A stretch of 64,000 nt of DNA from Terrimicrobiaceae bacterium (GTDB lineage Bacteria; Verrucomicrobiota; Verrucomicrobiia; Chthoniobacterales; Terrimicrobiaceae), in assembly GCA_044345595.1 (NCBI GenBank), contig JBIJAV010000007.1:45135-109134 (forward strand), given 5' to 3'. Shown here piece after piece: positions 44,828 through 54,072 of the stretch. How positions within the stretch are numbered: the stretch's first letter is position 1; every line of letters starts with the position of its first letter. The position numbers and the translations under genes were made by a program. The notes beneath the pieces are model-generated. The model saw only the letters and a list, made by a program, of their open reading frames with translations, ran no database searches and was not told where the DNA came from.

Positions 44828-45847
44828 TCATTTCGCAGTCCATGTGGGATCGATCAGCGTGGCCTGGGGAAATGGCGGGGGGCCTTTTTCGCTTCGGTGG
44901 AGCATTCCGATGAGCATGTCCACCGCAGCCTGCCCTGCCAGTTCGTTGTGTTGGTTCATGCCTGGCCAATGTGGACTGCCGGAACGCCACTCGTATTGGA
45001 CCATGAGGACATCTTCTGGCACGCGCAGGCCACAGGCCTCCACCCAATCTCCGATTTCGTGGTAAAGGCTGAAGATCGCATCCGGGCGTTCTTGCTTCAG
45101 CCAGTGGTGGAAAAGGGATTTGTCTGCCCGTGCTTCGCTGACTTGAAAGAAAGGCTTCAATCGCCGCGCTGCAGGAAGGCGCCGCTGCCCGACTTCGTAG
45201 CCGGCGCTGAAGCGGTGTTCGACCAATGCGTCGATCCGTGCGTCGAGCACAAGGCCTGGGCGTTTGCATCCGAGGTCGAGCACTTTCTCAAAGGCCCGCA
45301 GTGCGACCATGTGATGATCCACGCAGGCGAATGACAGGCTCGGTTCGCGTGTTCGGACTCCGGTTACGACCAAGGGAAACTCCCTCGCCACAGGTTGAAA
45401 ACAATCTGGCAAGCGATTCTCATCCATCAGACCCACCACGAGTCCACCCTGTATGCCCCGCGTGCGAAAAATCTGGCAGAGTCTATCGCCGTTTACTTTG
45501 GGTTCATGAATCCAGAACTCGTCCAGTTCATAGCCCAGTTCGCCCGCGCGGGCCCGGCATCCTTCCACATAAACGGGAATCGTGGGATGCCGTTTGAAGG
45601 CCATCTTGTCTTGGTTTGCGTTGATTAAAGCCAGTGTGCATTGAAATCGCCGGTTGCCTCCCGCATGCAGTCTCGCCATCAATTCCGACACAACCGCATT
45701 TTTTTGGTAGCCCATGCGTTTCGCGGTCTCAGTGATTTTTGTGCGCATGCCTTCGGAAATCTGCGGACTATTGCGCAAGGCCTGAGAGACGGTGTTTTTG
45801 GAAACCCCACAAGCCCTGGCCACATCATGCATGGAGACCGGTTTCAT
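44828..45847 (-). CDS. LacI-family transcriptional regulator
   Basis: MHDVARACGVSKNTVSQALRNSPQISEGMRTKITETAKRMGY, plus a periplasmic-binding-like core. Confidence 0.85.
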   Translation of the reverse strand: MKPVSMHDVARACGVSKNTVSQALRNSPQISEGMRTKITETAKRMGYQKNAVVSELMARLHAGGNRRFQCTLALINANQDKMAFKRHPTIPVYVEGCRARAGELGYELDEFWIHEPKVNGDRLCQIFRTRGIQGGLVVGLMDENRLPDCFQPVAREFPLVVTGVRTREPSLSFACVDHHMVALRAFEKVLDLGCKRPGLVLDARIDALVEHRFSAGYEVGQRRLPAARRLKPFFQVSEARADKSLFHHWLKQERPDAIFSLYHEIGDWVEACGLRVPEDVLMVQYEWRSGSPHWPGMNQHNELAGQAAVDMLIGMLHRSEKGPPPFPQATLIDPTWTAK

Positions 45848-45857
45848 ATCGATCTAC

Positions 45858-45873
45858 ATTACTGTCATGTAAT
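45858..45873. promoter_or_regulatory. Candidate operator dyad in the lacI-araB divergent region
   Basis: ATTAC-TGTCAT-GTAAT, overlapping TACAT...ATGTA. This is the only clear dyad in the 68-bp intergenic region. Confidence 0.25.
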
Positions 45874-45915
45874 TTCCGCGTTTACAATCGGCGTGTCGTT
45901 GGCTGGATTGCGCAC

Positions 45916-47583
45916 ATGAAATGTTCCCTTGGCATAGACTACGGCACTAACTCAGTTCGCGCGCTCGTCGTGCGCTGTGACAACGGTGAGGAAGTCGGCA
46001 GCTTCGTGGCCGGTTATCCCTCAGGAAAAGATGGGGTGCTCATTGACCCCAAGGATCATCACCTCGCGAGGCAGCATCCCCCGGATTATCTCGTGGGGCT
46101 TGAGCTTTGCGTGAAAGGCGCTCTGGCCGCCGCTGCGAAGAAAAATAAGGCCTTCACACCTGCGACGATTATTGGTCTCGGCGTCGACACGACCGGTTCG
46201 AGCCCGATTCCGGTGGATTCCGCCAACCGCGCACTCGCATCCTTGCCAAAGTGGAAGAAAAATCCCGCCGCCCAATGCTGGCTTTGGAAGGACCATACTT
46301 CTTGGCAGGAAGCGGCTCGCATCACCGAACTCGCCGCGAAGCACCGCCCCGAATACATCGCCAAGTGTGGGAATACTTATTCTTCCGAGTGGTTTTGGAG
46401 CAAAATCTGGCACTGCCTCAAAACCGCGCCTGATGTTTTCAAGGCGGCTCACTCTTGGGTTGAGATGTGTGACTGGATTCCCTCGGTGCTCTGCGGAATC
46501 GAGGATTCCAAGCAGATAAAGCGCGGCATCTGTGCCGCCGGTCACAAGGCGCTTTACTGCGATGAGTGGGGTGGATTGCCCGATAAAAAATTCCTCTCCT
46601 TGCTCAGTCCGAAACTCGCCGAGCTTCGGGATCGTCTCTACGACAAGGCCCATGATGCCAACACCGCCGCCGGCACGCTCTCACCGACATGGGCGAAAAA
46701 GCTCGGCCTTCCCGCCGGGATTCCGGTGGCCATTGGCGAAATGGATGTCCACTACGGTGCCATCGGCAGCGGCATCAGCGAGGGCACATTGGTGAAGGTG
46801 ATCGGCACATCGACCTGCGACTGTGCCGTTGTTCCCGCAACCAAGAAGGTCAAAGACATCCCCGGCATCTGCGGCATCGTGAAGGGTGCCATTTTGCCCG
46901 GATTCCACGGCGTCGAGGCGGGCCAGTCGGCTGTTGGCGACATTTTCAAATGGTGGATCGAATCCGTCTGCGAGGGCGATGCCGCCCTCTATGCGAGCTT
47001 GGCCAAGGAAGCCGCCACGCTGCAACCCGGCGGCAGCGGCCTGCTGGCCCTCGATTGGAACAATGGCAATCGAACGGTTCTCGTCGATCCGATGCTCAGC
47101 GGTTTGCTTTTGGGAACCACCCTGCACACCACGAAGGCGGAAATCTACCGCGCGCTCATCGAGGCCACGGCATTTGGCGCTCGTGCCATCATCGAGCGGA
47201 TCGAAGAATACGGCGTGCCCGTGAAACGCATCGTTTGCGCCGGCGGTATCGCGGAAAAAAATCCGCTCCTCATGCAGATCTATGCTGATGTCACCGGTCG
47301 CACGATGTTGGTGGCTGGCTCCTCGCAGGCCTGCGCCTTGGGTTCGGCGGTTTCGGCTGCCGTGCTGGCGGGAGTTTTTAAAGACTTCCCCGCCGCCCAG
47401 AAAGCCATGACCTCGCTCAAGGACATCGAATACAAGCCCCGCGCTGCGGCCCGCAAGACCTATGACCGCCTCTACGCGCTCTACAAAACGCTCCACGATG
47501 CCTTCGGCGGTGTGAACCGCCAGGCCGATCTCTCGCGCGTCATGAAAGACCTCCTCGCCATCAAATCCCACTCCCAAAAATGA
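45916..47583 (+). CDS. araB: Ribulokinase
   Basis: [15 protein letters not shown]...GVDTTGSSP...[12 protein letters not shown]...[10 protein letters not shown] closely parallels E. coli AraB. Confidence 0.85.
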   Translation: MKCSLGIDYGTNSVRALVVRCDNGEEVGSFVAGYPSGKDGVLIDPKDHHLARQHPPDYLVGLELCVKGALAAAAKKNKAFTPATIIGLGVDTTGSSPIPVDSANRALASLPKWKKNPAAQCWLWKDHTSWQEAARITELAAKHRPEYIAKCGNTYSSEWFWSKIWHCLKTAPDVFKAAHSWVEMCDWIPSVLCGIEDSKQIKRGICAAGHKALYCDEWGGLPDKKFLSLLSPKLAELRDRLYDKAHDANTAAGTLSPTWAKKLGLPAGIPVAIGEMDVHYGAIGSGISEGTLVKVIGTSTCDCAVVPATKKVKDIPGICGIVKGAILPGFHGVEAGQSAVGDIFKWWIESVCEGDAALYASLAKEAATLQPGGSGLLALDWNNGNRTVLVDPMLSGLLLGTTLHTTKAEIYRALIEATAFGARAIIERIEEYGVPVKRIVCAGGIAEKNPLLMQIYADVTGRTMLVAGSSQACALGSAVSAAVLAGVFKDFPAAQKAMTSLKDIEYKPRAAARKTYDRLYALYKTLHDAFGGVNRQADLSRVMKDLLAIKSHSQK

Positions 47584-49076
47584 AAATACCCGAAATCTGG
47601 TTCCTCACCGGCAGCCAACACCTCTACGGTCCCGAAACCCTCAAGCAAGTCGCCGTCAACTCGCAGGCGATCGCTGGCGGTCTCGGCGAAAAACTCCCGC
47701 TGCCTGTTGTTTTCAAGCCGGTGCTCACCACACCCGACGCCATCCGCGCGACGATCCTTGAGGCCAATGCCACTCCCGAGTGCGCGGGGTTGATTTTGTG
47801 GATGCATACCTTCTCCCCGGCGAAGATGTGGATCGGCGGACTCTCCGCGCTTCGCAAGCCGTTTCTGCATTTGCACACCCAGTTCAATCGCGACCTCCCC
47901 TGGTCGGAGATCGACATGGATTTCATGAACCTGAATCAGTCCGCCCACGGCGACCGCGAGGCAGGTTTTCTCCACACCCGCATGCGTCTGGCTCGCAAAG
48001 TCGTGGCCGGTCACTGGCAGAGCGAATCGGTCATCGCCCGCATCGCCGCATGGGTTCGCGCAGCTCGCGCATGGCATGACTGGCAGGGCGCGAAATTCGC
48101 CCGTATCGGCGACAACATGCGCCAGGTGGCCGTCACGGAAGGTGACAAGGTTTCCGCCGAGATGAAGTTCGGTTTCTCGGTGAACGGCTACGGCATCGGC
48201 GACCTCGTTGCGATCCAACAGGGTGTCTCCGATTCCGAAATCAACGCGCTTTGCGACGAATACGCCGCCAGTTACCAACTTGCCCCTGCGCTGGCCAAAG
48301 GCGGCGCCCGTCACGAATCCCTGCGCGATGCCGCCCGCATCGAAGCCGCCCTGCGGACCTTCCTCAAGCAAGGAGGATTCAAGGGATTCACCACCACTTT
48401 CGAGGATTTGCATGGACTCAAGCAACTGCCCGGAATTGCCGCGCAGCGCCTTATGGCCGAGGGCTACGGCTTCGGTGCCGAAGGCGACTGGAAGACCGCC
48501 GCATTGCTCCGCGCGATGAAAGTCATGGCCAGCGACCTCGGTGGAAAAACCTCTTTCATGGAGGACTACACCTACCACCTCGAGCCAAACAACCACCTCG
48601 TCCTTGGCTCCCACATGCTGGAAATCTGCCCATCCATCGCCGACTCCAAGCCGACTTGCGAGATTCATCCGCTCGGCATCGGCGGCAAGGAGGATCCTGT
48701 CCGCCTTGTGTTCGACGCACCTGCCGGACCTGCCCTCAACGCCTCCCTCATCGACCTCGGCAACCGCTTCCGCCTTTTGGTCAACGAGGTCGACGCCATC
48801 CGCCCGCCGCATGCCTTGCCGAAACTCCCCGTCGCCCGCGCGGTCTGGAAATGCCGTCCCGATTTCGCCACGGCTTGCGAATCGTGGATTCATGCTGGAG
48901 GCGCTCATCACACGGGCTTCAGCTACACCGTGACCCGCGAGCATTTGGAGGACTTCGCGACCATCGCCGGTATCGAGTGCGTTGTCATCGGAGACAAAAC
49001 CGAGGCAGGCACTTTCCGCCAGGAACTCCGCGCCAACGAAGTTTATCACCACATCGCCGGAGGATTCGTCGCGTGA
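47580..49076 (+). CDS. araA: L-arabinose isomerase
   Basis: [20 protein letters not shown]...[18 protein letters not shown]. The ATG overlaps the araB stop (ATGA). Confidence 0.9.
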   Translation: MKIPEIWFLTGSQHLYGPETLKQVAVNSQAIAGGLGEKLPLPVVFKPVLTTPDAIRATILEANATPECAGLILWMHTFSPAKMWIGGLSALRKPFLHLHTQFNRDLPWSEIDMDFMNLNQSAHGDREAGFLHTRMRLARKVVAGHWQSESVIARIAAWVRAARAWHDWQGAKFARIGDNMRQVAVTEGDKVSAEMKFGFSVNGYGIGDLVAIQQGVSDSEINALCDEYAASYQLAPALAKGGARHESLRDAARIEAALRTFLKQGGFKGFTTTFEDLHGLKQLPGIAAQRLMAEGYGFGAEGDWKTAALLRAMKVMASDLGGKTSFMEDYTYHLEPNNHLVLGSHMLEICPSIADSKPTCEIHPLGIGGKEDPVRLVFDAPAGPALNASLIDLGNRFRLLVNEVDAIRPPHALPKLPVARAVWKCRPDFATACESWIHAGGAHHTGFSYTVTREHLEDFATIAGIECVVIGDKTEAGTFRQELRANEVYHHIAGGFVA

Positions 49077-49816
49077 GCCGTTACGAGGCGATCCGGGAGG
49101 AATGCCGCGCCGCCAATGCCGCGCTGCCAGCTTCCGGCTTGGTCGATCTCACCTTCGGCAATGTGAGCGTTTGTGACCGCGAGGCCGGAGTTTTTGCCAT
49201 CAAACCAAGCGGCGTCGCCTACTCGGCGCTCAAAGCCGAGGACATGGTCATTGTGGATTTTGAGGGACGCATCGTAGAGGGAAAGCTCAACCCCTCGTCC
49301 GACACTCCCACACACCGCAGGCTCTTTCTTGGATTCCCCGGCATCCGATCGGTTGTTCACACGCACTCGCGCAAGGCGGTCGCCTTTGCCCAGGCGGCGC
49401 GTGGCATCCCGCTGCTCGGCACCACCCATGCCGACTACTTTCGCGGCGAGGTTCCTGTAACCCGCGCCCTCACGGCCTCCGAGATTTCCGATGCCTACGA
49501 ATGGGAAACAGGAAATGTCATCGTCGAGCGCTTCGAGGGCCTCAACCCCATGGAAATCCCAGCCGTTCTGGTGCGCAACCACGGCCCGTTCGCATGGGGT
49601 CCATCGGGCGCCAAAGCCGTCGAAAACGCCCTCGCCCTCGAAATCGTCGCCGACATGGCCTACCACGCCCTCACTCTCGATCCGTCTGCGCAGCTGCCCT
49701 CACTGGCCCTCTCCGAGCGCCACTTCCTCCGAAAACACGGCCCCACCGCGACCTACGGGCAAGATCTGATCCATTTGGAGGGCCATCCTCCGGCATGGCC
49801 AAATATTAATCACTGA
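49073..49816 (+). CDS. araD: L-ribulose-5-phosphate 4-epimerase with a 17-aa C-terminal extension
   Basis: [18 protein letters not shown]...PSSDTPTH...VVHTHS...[14 protein letters not shown]. The GTG start overlaps the araA stop (GTGA). The tail [17 protein letters not shown] lies in repeat copy c. Confidence 0.85.
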   Translation: MSRYEAIREECRAANAALPASGLVDLTFGNVSVCDREAGVFAIKPSGVAYSALKAEDMVIVDFEGRIVEGKLNPSSDTPTHRRLFLGFPGIRSVVHTHSRKAVAFAQAARGIPLLGTTHADYFRGEVPVTRALTASEISDAYEWETGNVIVERFEGLNPMEIPAVLVRNHGPFAWGPSGAKAVENALALEIVADMAYHALTLDPSAQLPSLALSERHFLRKHGPTATYGQDLIHLEGHPPAWPNINH

Positions 49817-50030
49817 AGGCGCCGAATCCCTCTCGGACACCTTCCTTCTCAAAATCGTGCGAATCACGCGTCTCACACGCTGCTTCGCAGCTGAAAAATG
49901 GGTCATGCGAGACGATGACCCTCCCAGATTTACGAAGCGCGCTGCCGCGCGGGGCGCGAAAGAGGGGAGCATGGTCGTCTCGACCGTGAAAGAGACTGCA
50001 GAGACGCCGGAGTCCGACTTGGTCGGCAAG
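49775..50030 (+). repeat. Mosaic intergenic repeat family, copy c (most complete)
   Basis: GGCCAT/ATGGCC hairpin at 49781-49800, core at 49888-49927, CGCGCTGCCGCGCG at 49938-49951, GTCTC-loop hairpin at 49971-49987, and CAGAGACGCCG at 49999-50009. Confidence 0.7.
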
Positions 50031-50152
50031 GCCGCCATTGCATCTAGGAGAAACGCCGCTCTCGTTCAAAAAATAATTTTTCTAAACCTCGCCGCATCGT
50101 ATCACTCCACTTTCCCGTTTCTGATTCGCCAAGCCTGCCTATTAACGCTTCG

Positions 50153-51073
50153 TCACCCCTTCGCGGTCTTTCCATTCTGTCGTTCTTTGTTCACTTGGAT
50201 CATTGCATCGGTGAGGCGTCCTTGCAGTCCGGTGGAGTGGGTGTTGTCGATGATGATGACTAGCGGTTTGCCGTCGGGTTGGGTGATTCGCCACACGGTT
50301 CGCACACCGAAAACATAGTCTGGCACGATGTAGTTCTCTTCTGTGCCGAGCCGCTCCGTGCTTGGCCAGAACGGGTATTCCTCCAGCACGACATGCACCT
50401 TTTGCTTGGGGTGGAATCGCTCCAGAACATTCGCTTTTTTCCACTGCGGCGATTCGTTGATGTCGGGAATCTTTGCCAATTCCTCGACCGTCATTTCCTT
50501 CAACTCAGCCCGGCCCAAGGTCAACGCATATTCTGCGATTTCCGCATCGGTGGCTGCCGCTTCTTTTTTTTCCTTGTTGAGCACCTGCGCCAGGTAGCGA
50601 TACATCCGGCGGAAGCGATGAGGTTGTGAGCCAATTGGCCCAAGTAAAAGTTCCAGCCGGATGGTCAGATCATGGATGGCACTCTCCACGCTTTTCTGTG
50701 ACAGCGTGGCTTTCTTGTAGCACTCGTAAGACTCCGCCGTGAAAAAGGTGCCGTTCAATGCTCGCGGCGCAAAGAGTTCGCTGGTTGCCTGAGAGTGGCC
50801 CGCCATTGCGAAAAGTTTGGCATCCTCGCTTTTCATTCTTCGCCATGTCTCCGAGCTCTCCGCGAGTGCCATCGCGTTGCAACTCGTCGCCGCCTCGATC
50901 GCAAATGCCGCCTCCTCGGGGAGTGGTGCTACTCCGCGCTCGATGTTTTGGATCGTAGCCGGTTTCAGTCCTGTCTCCTTGGCGCAGGTTTCGCGACTCC
51001 ATTTCAGAATGTCACGCAGTTGTTGCAGCGGATGCTTCGGCGGGGCGGAGGATTGGAAATTTTTTCGGCTCAT
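50153..51073 (-). CDS. Hypothetical protein with an N-terminal XRE-type HTH
   Basis: LQQLRDILKWSRETCAKETGLKPATIQNIERG is HTH-like. The remaining ~240 aa have no family that I recognise. The start is either ATG 51073 or 51097. Confidence 0.5.
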   Translation of the reverse strand: MSRKNFQSSAPPKHPLQQLRDILKWSRETCAKETGLKPATIQNIERGVAPLPEEAAFAIEAATSCNAMALAESSETWRRMKSEDAKLFAMAGHSQATSELFAPRALNGTFFTAESYECYKKATLSQKSVESAIHDLTIRLELLLGPIGSQPHRFRRMYRYLAQVLNKEKKEAAATDAEIAEYALTLGRAELKEMTVEELAKIPDINESPQWKKANVLERFHPKQKVHVVLEEYPFWPSTERLGTEENYIVPDYVFGVRTVWRITQPDGKPLVIIIDNTHSTGLQGRLTDAMIQVNKERQNGKTAKG

Positions 51074-51123
51074 GGTGAGCAGAGAATAAAAAACCAAATA
51101 ATCAACGCAATAAAAAAACTACA

Positions 51124-51152
51124 TTGACATAGTAGAATACTAAGTATAGAAA
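51124..51152 (+). promoter_or_regulatory. Candidate promoter in the AT-rich divergent region
   Basis: TTGACA at 51124-51129, with TATAGA/TAGAAA 15-17 nt downstream. Sequence match only. Confidence 0.25.
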
Positions 51153-51271
51153 CTAATTTGTTGGGAGCAGTGATCCAGACCTGTCCCGTTTGCTGAGCTC
51201 TTTCCCTATGGATTGGGGCCCGGTCGAGCGGCACAGCCGAGGACACGGCAAACACCTGACATCCAAAAATC

Positions 51272-51808
51272 ATGAAAACTAAAATTACAACCCAGCCCGC
51301 CACTCTTGCAGTGGATAACAACACGGATACCAGATACGCCTTCGGCAGCGCTTCGTTGTCGGCGGAACAACTGGATGAAGTGATCTCAACAATCAACCAG
51401 GTGAAGAGTCTTTTGCCTTCGATGCCGGACTTGACGCCCTTGGAGCGCCAGCGCATCTCAAAATTGGGAGCGCGCACCCGAGGATTTGCCGACGCCGCCC
51501 TCGAGGCAGCCAAGGCCGACAGCGGCGTGCTTCCCCAGAGCATCCCGCTCGAAAGTTTTGTGGGGCAAGACGAACTCCTGCGAGGATTGAGCCTCGTGCA
51601 GACGCATGTCTCCGACCTCAAATCCAAGCTCGATGACTCCCTGCTCCTCATAGGCAATCACATCTACTCCGTAAGCCGCACGGTCTACGCTATGATGAAA
51701 ACCGACGCCGCCAAGGCCCGCCTGCAGGAGCAAAAGACCCTGATGAAGCAACGCTTCATTTTCAAAAAAACGAGCCAGCCCGCGACATCGGCCCCGCTTC
51801 GAGAGTAA
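51272..51808 (+). CDS. Hypothetical protein (178 aa)
   Basis: A clean ORF divergent from the HTH gene. It has an LTPLERQRISKLGARTRGFADAALEAAK helical motif. No family recognised. Confidence 0.5.
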   Translation: MKTKITTQPATLAVDNNTDTRYAFGSASLSAEQLDEVISTINQVKSLLPSMPDLTPLERQRISKLGARTRGFADAALEAAKADSGVLPQSIPLESFVGQDELLRGLSLVQTHVSDLKSKLDDSLLLIGNHIYSVSRTVYAMMKTDAAKARLQEQKTLMKQRFIFKKTSQPATSAPLRE

Positions 51809-51947
51809 CCCCACTCGAGACCTCAACCTTGCAGTAAGCGTCGGGCATCCGGTTCCAGGCCGGGTGCCCGATTTGTTTTTGTCGCAGACTAACTTCGATC
51901 CCTACAATGGAAAAAGACTCTCTCCTCAAGCAAGAAAAATCCTCGCT

Positions 51948-52283
51948 CTGAACTCGGCTCGCTTCGCTCTGAACTCGGCTCGCTTCGCTCTGAACTCGGC
52001 TCGCTTCGCTCTGAACTCGGCTCGCTTCGCTCTGAACTCGGCTCGCTTCGCTCTGAACTCGGCTCGCTTCCTTCCGAACTCGGCTCGCTTCCTTCCGAAC
52101 TCGGCCCACTTCGCTCCGAACTCGGCCCGCTTCGCTCCGAACTCGGCTCGCTTCGTTCTGAGCTCGGCTCGCTTCGTTCTGAGCTCGGCTCGCTTCGTTC
52201 TGAGCTTGGCCCGCTTCGCTCCGAACTCGGCTCGCTTCGTTCTGAGCTCGGCCCACTTCGTTCTGAGCTTGGCTCGCTTCGCT
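51948..52283. repeat. 21-bp tandem repeat, 16 units
   Basis: CTGAACTCGGCTCGCTTCGCT with at least 5 sequence sub-variants occurring mostly in short runs. It lies directly 3' of the Rpn-like gene. Confidence 0.95.
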
Positions 52284-52473
52284 ATGCCTAGTGGAGATTT
52301 TGCAGGACACAAAGGCGTCCGGAACCAGTGTGCAAAGGCTTTTTGACAATTTCGTGACCCATGTCCTTGCGGAGCGCCAACTGGAAGCCCTCTTTGTAGT
52401 TCGTCAAAACCGGGGACATCCCGAGCGTGGTCGCGGCCGAAAAACAATTTTCGGAGGGGCGGATTTCCGATTC

Positions 52474-53493
52474 TCAGCGGGCGCAATGTTCTTCGGCAGC
52501 CGGGCCGAACTCTTCGAGAAGTCTCGAAAGTCGGAGAACTTCTTCCGCATTGATCTCAGCAATAGCCGAGACTTCTTCAACTCCGAGTCCCTTGCGCAAC
52601 ATTTTTAGGGCAACTTTTTGTTTTCCGAGTAGCTCACCCTCGGCACGTCCTTTCGCTTCGCCCTCGGCGCGGCCCTTCGCTTCGCCCTCGGCGCGGCCCT
52701 TCGCTTCGCCCTCGGCACGTCCCTTCGCTTCGCCTTCGGCACGTCCCTTCGCTTCGCCTTCGGCACGTCCCTTTGCTTCGCCTTCGGCGATGGCGTCTGC
52801 GAGGAGCGTGCGCTCGACGCTCACGCCGTCCCAGTATTTCTCGTAGGCCGCCAGTTCGCCTTCGCTGAAGCCGGATTCCTTCACGTATTCCACCGCCTCG
52901 CGCACCTCTTGCTGTGCGAGGAGATCAGTGGAAACCTCCGCCGACTTCTCGCCGACTTCGGTGAGATACCGCAGCCAGAGCACTTGCAGGCGCTTTTCGG
53001 GCATCGTCTGCGGGCGAAATTTCGGCAACTCGACGAAGACGAATTCCAACCCCTCGATCTGGCGACCTGTATCAAGGGCGTGGACAATCCGGTAGTGGTG
53101 ATACCACTCAGGACTGTCTTTGATGAAAGTATCGTCCACGAGGTTAAGCGAATAGACGGGTTGAAGGAGGTGGTATTCCTGGCCGGTTTTCAGCTGCTTC
53201 ACATAAGCCTTCGAGGCGTTGAAGAGCACCCTGTTCATGAAGCTATCGGTCCAGAGCATCTGCATCTCGACGATGAATTGGCGTTTTTTTTGGTCCACAC
53301 AGCGAACATCCACTATGCTGTTTCGTGTCTCCGGGACTTCGGGGACTAATTCGCTGGGAAGATACTCAAGTTCCTCGATCTGGGCGTCAGGCTCCAGGGG
53401 CAGCAGAGCGTTGAGAAAGCTCTTGAGGAGGTGCGGATGCTGACCAAAAACCTTCTTAAAGGTAAGGTCGTTCTTGGGATCCAAGTAGCGCAT
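52474..53493 (-). CDS. Rpn-family recombination-promoting nuclease / putative transposase (PD-(D/E)XK)
   Basis: MRYLDPKNDLTFKKVFGQHPHLLKSFLNALLPL...IVDVRC.D...FIVEMQ is the family's typical N-terminus. The C-terminus contains (AEGEAKGR)x6. Confidence 0.8.
   Translation of the reverse strand: MRYLDPKNDLTFKKVFGQHPHLLKSFLNALLPLEPDAQIEELEYLPSELVPEVPETRNSIVDVRCVDQKKRQFIVEMQMLWTDSFMNRVLFNASKAYVKQLKTGQEYHLLQPVYSLNLVDDTFIKDSPEWYHHYRIVHALDTGRQIEGLEFVFVELPKFRPQTMPEKRLQVLWLRYLTEVGEKSAEVSTDLLAQQEVREAVEYVKESGFSEGELAAYEKYWDGVSVERTLLADAIAEGEAKGRAEGEAKGRAEGEAKGRAEGEAKGRAEGEAKGRAEGEAKGRAEGELLGKQKVALKMLRKGLGVEEVSAIAEINAEEVLRLSRLLEEFGPAAEEHCAR
52643..52786. repeat. 24-bp tandem repeat x6 inside the Rpn-like gene
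   Basis: GCACGTCCCTTCGCTTCGCCTTCG variants encoding AEGEAKGR. Confidence 0.9.
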
Positions 53494-53534
53494 GCTGGGC
53501 ACCATACACACTGGCTGCGACACGCGCAAGCCAC

Positions 53535-53895
53535 CGATTTGATAACACGAGTTGTCTCCGAGGGGACAGCGGTCATCGATTGGATAACACGAGTTATCTC
53601 CGAGGGAATAGCAGTCATCGATTTGATAACACGAGTTGTCTCCGAGAGAACAGCAGTCATCGATTTGATAACACGAGTCATCTTCGAGAGAACAGCGGTT
53701 ATCGATTTGATAACACGAGTCGTCTCCGAGAGAACATCAGTCATCGATTTGATAACACGAGTTGTCTCCGAGAGAACAGCAGTCATCGATTGGATAACAC
53801 GCCTCGTCTCCGGCAGAACAGCAGTCATCGATTTGATAACACGAGTTGTCTCCGAGAGAACAGCGGTTATCGATTTGATAACACGAGTCGTCTCG
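53535..53895. repeat. 42-bp tandem repeat, 8.6 units, abutting the Rpn-like start codon
   Basis: Units of CGATTTGATAACACGAGTTGTCTCCGAGAGAACAGCAGTCAT start every 42 nt from 53535 to 53871. Each unit contains the imperfect dyad GATAACAC/GAGTTGTC. Confidence 0.95.
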
Positions 53896-54072
53896 TTTGG
53901 CTGGGCTGGTCATAGAAGGGGACGGGAGTTGAGGATAGGATTTAGGGTATTGAGAAAGAAATCATGTCAATAATTGCTGGCCCCGTTGACCTTGCTTCAG
54001 CGCCCGGTTGAGGTCGTTGGGATGCCGATATCCGAGGTGGTAGGCGCGGCCTTGACCTGCCAGCCTTCGAAC

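Noticed and set aside
48251-49072. Upstream 274 codons of the ORF that ends as AraD.
   Set aside because: This region is an alternative frame of araA. AraD homology begins at the GTG at 49073, which overlaps the araA stop.
51762-52486. Three overlapping ORFs (195, 160 and 186 aa) spanning the 21-bp array.
   Set aside because: They exist only because a 21-bp stop-free unit is iterated. They overlap each other and the 3' end of gene 51272-51808, and they have no non-repetitive domain.
53737-53739. In-frame TGA replacing a TGC (Cys) codon in the 42-bp array, considered as selenocysteine or read-through giving a Cys-rich N-terminal extension of the Rpn-like protein.
   Set aside because: The repeat unit is stop-free in five of six frames, so openness is uninformative. 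There is no distinct SECIS-like hairpin after this particular unit. The Rpn family's normal N-terminus (MRYLDPKNDL) starts downstream at 53493. A point mutation in non-coding DNA is the simpler explanation.
53535-53895. Possible CRISPR array, given the regularly spaced 42-bp repeats.
   Set aside because: The units are contiguous with no unique spacers, and no cas genes are in the window. It is a simple tandem repeat.
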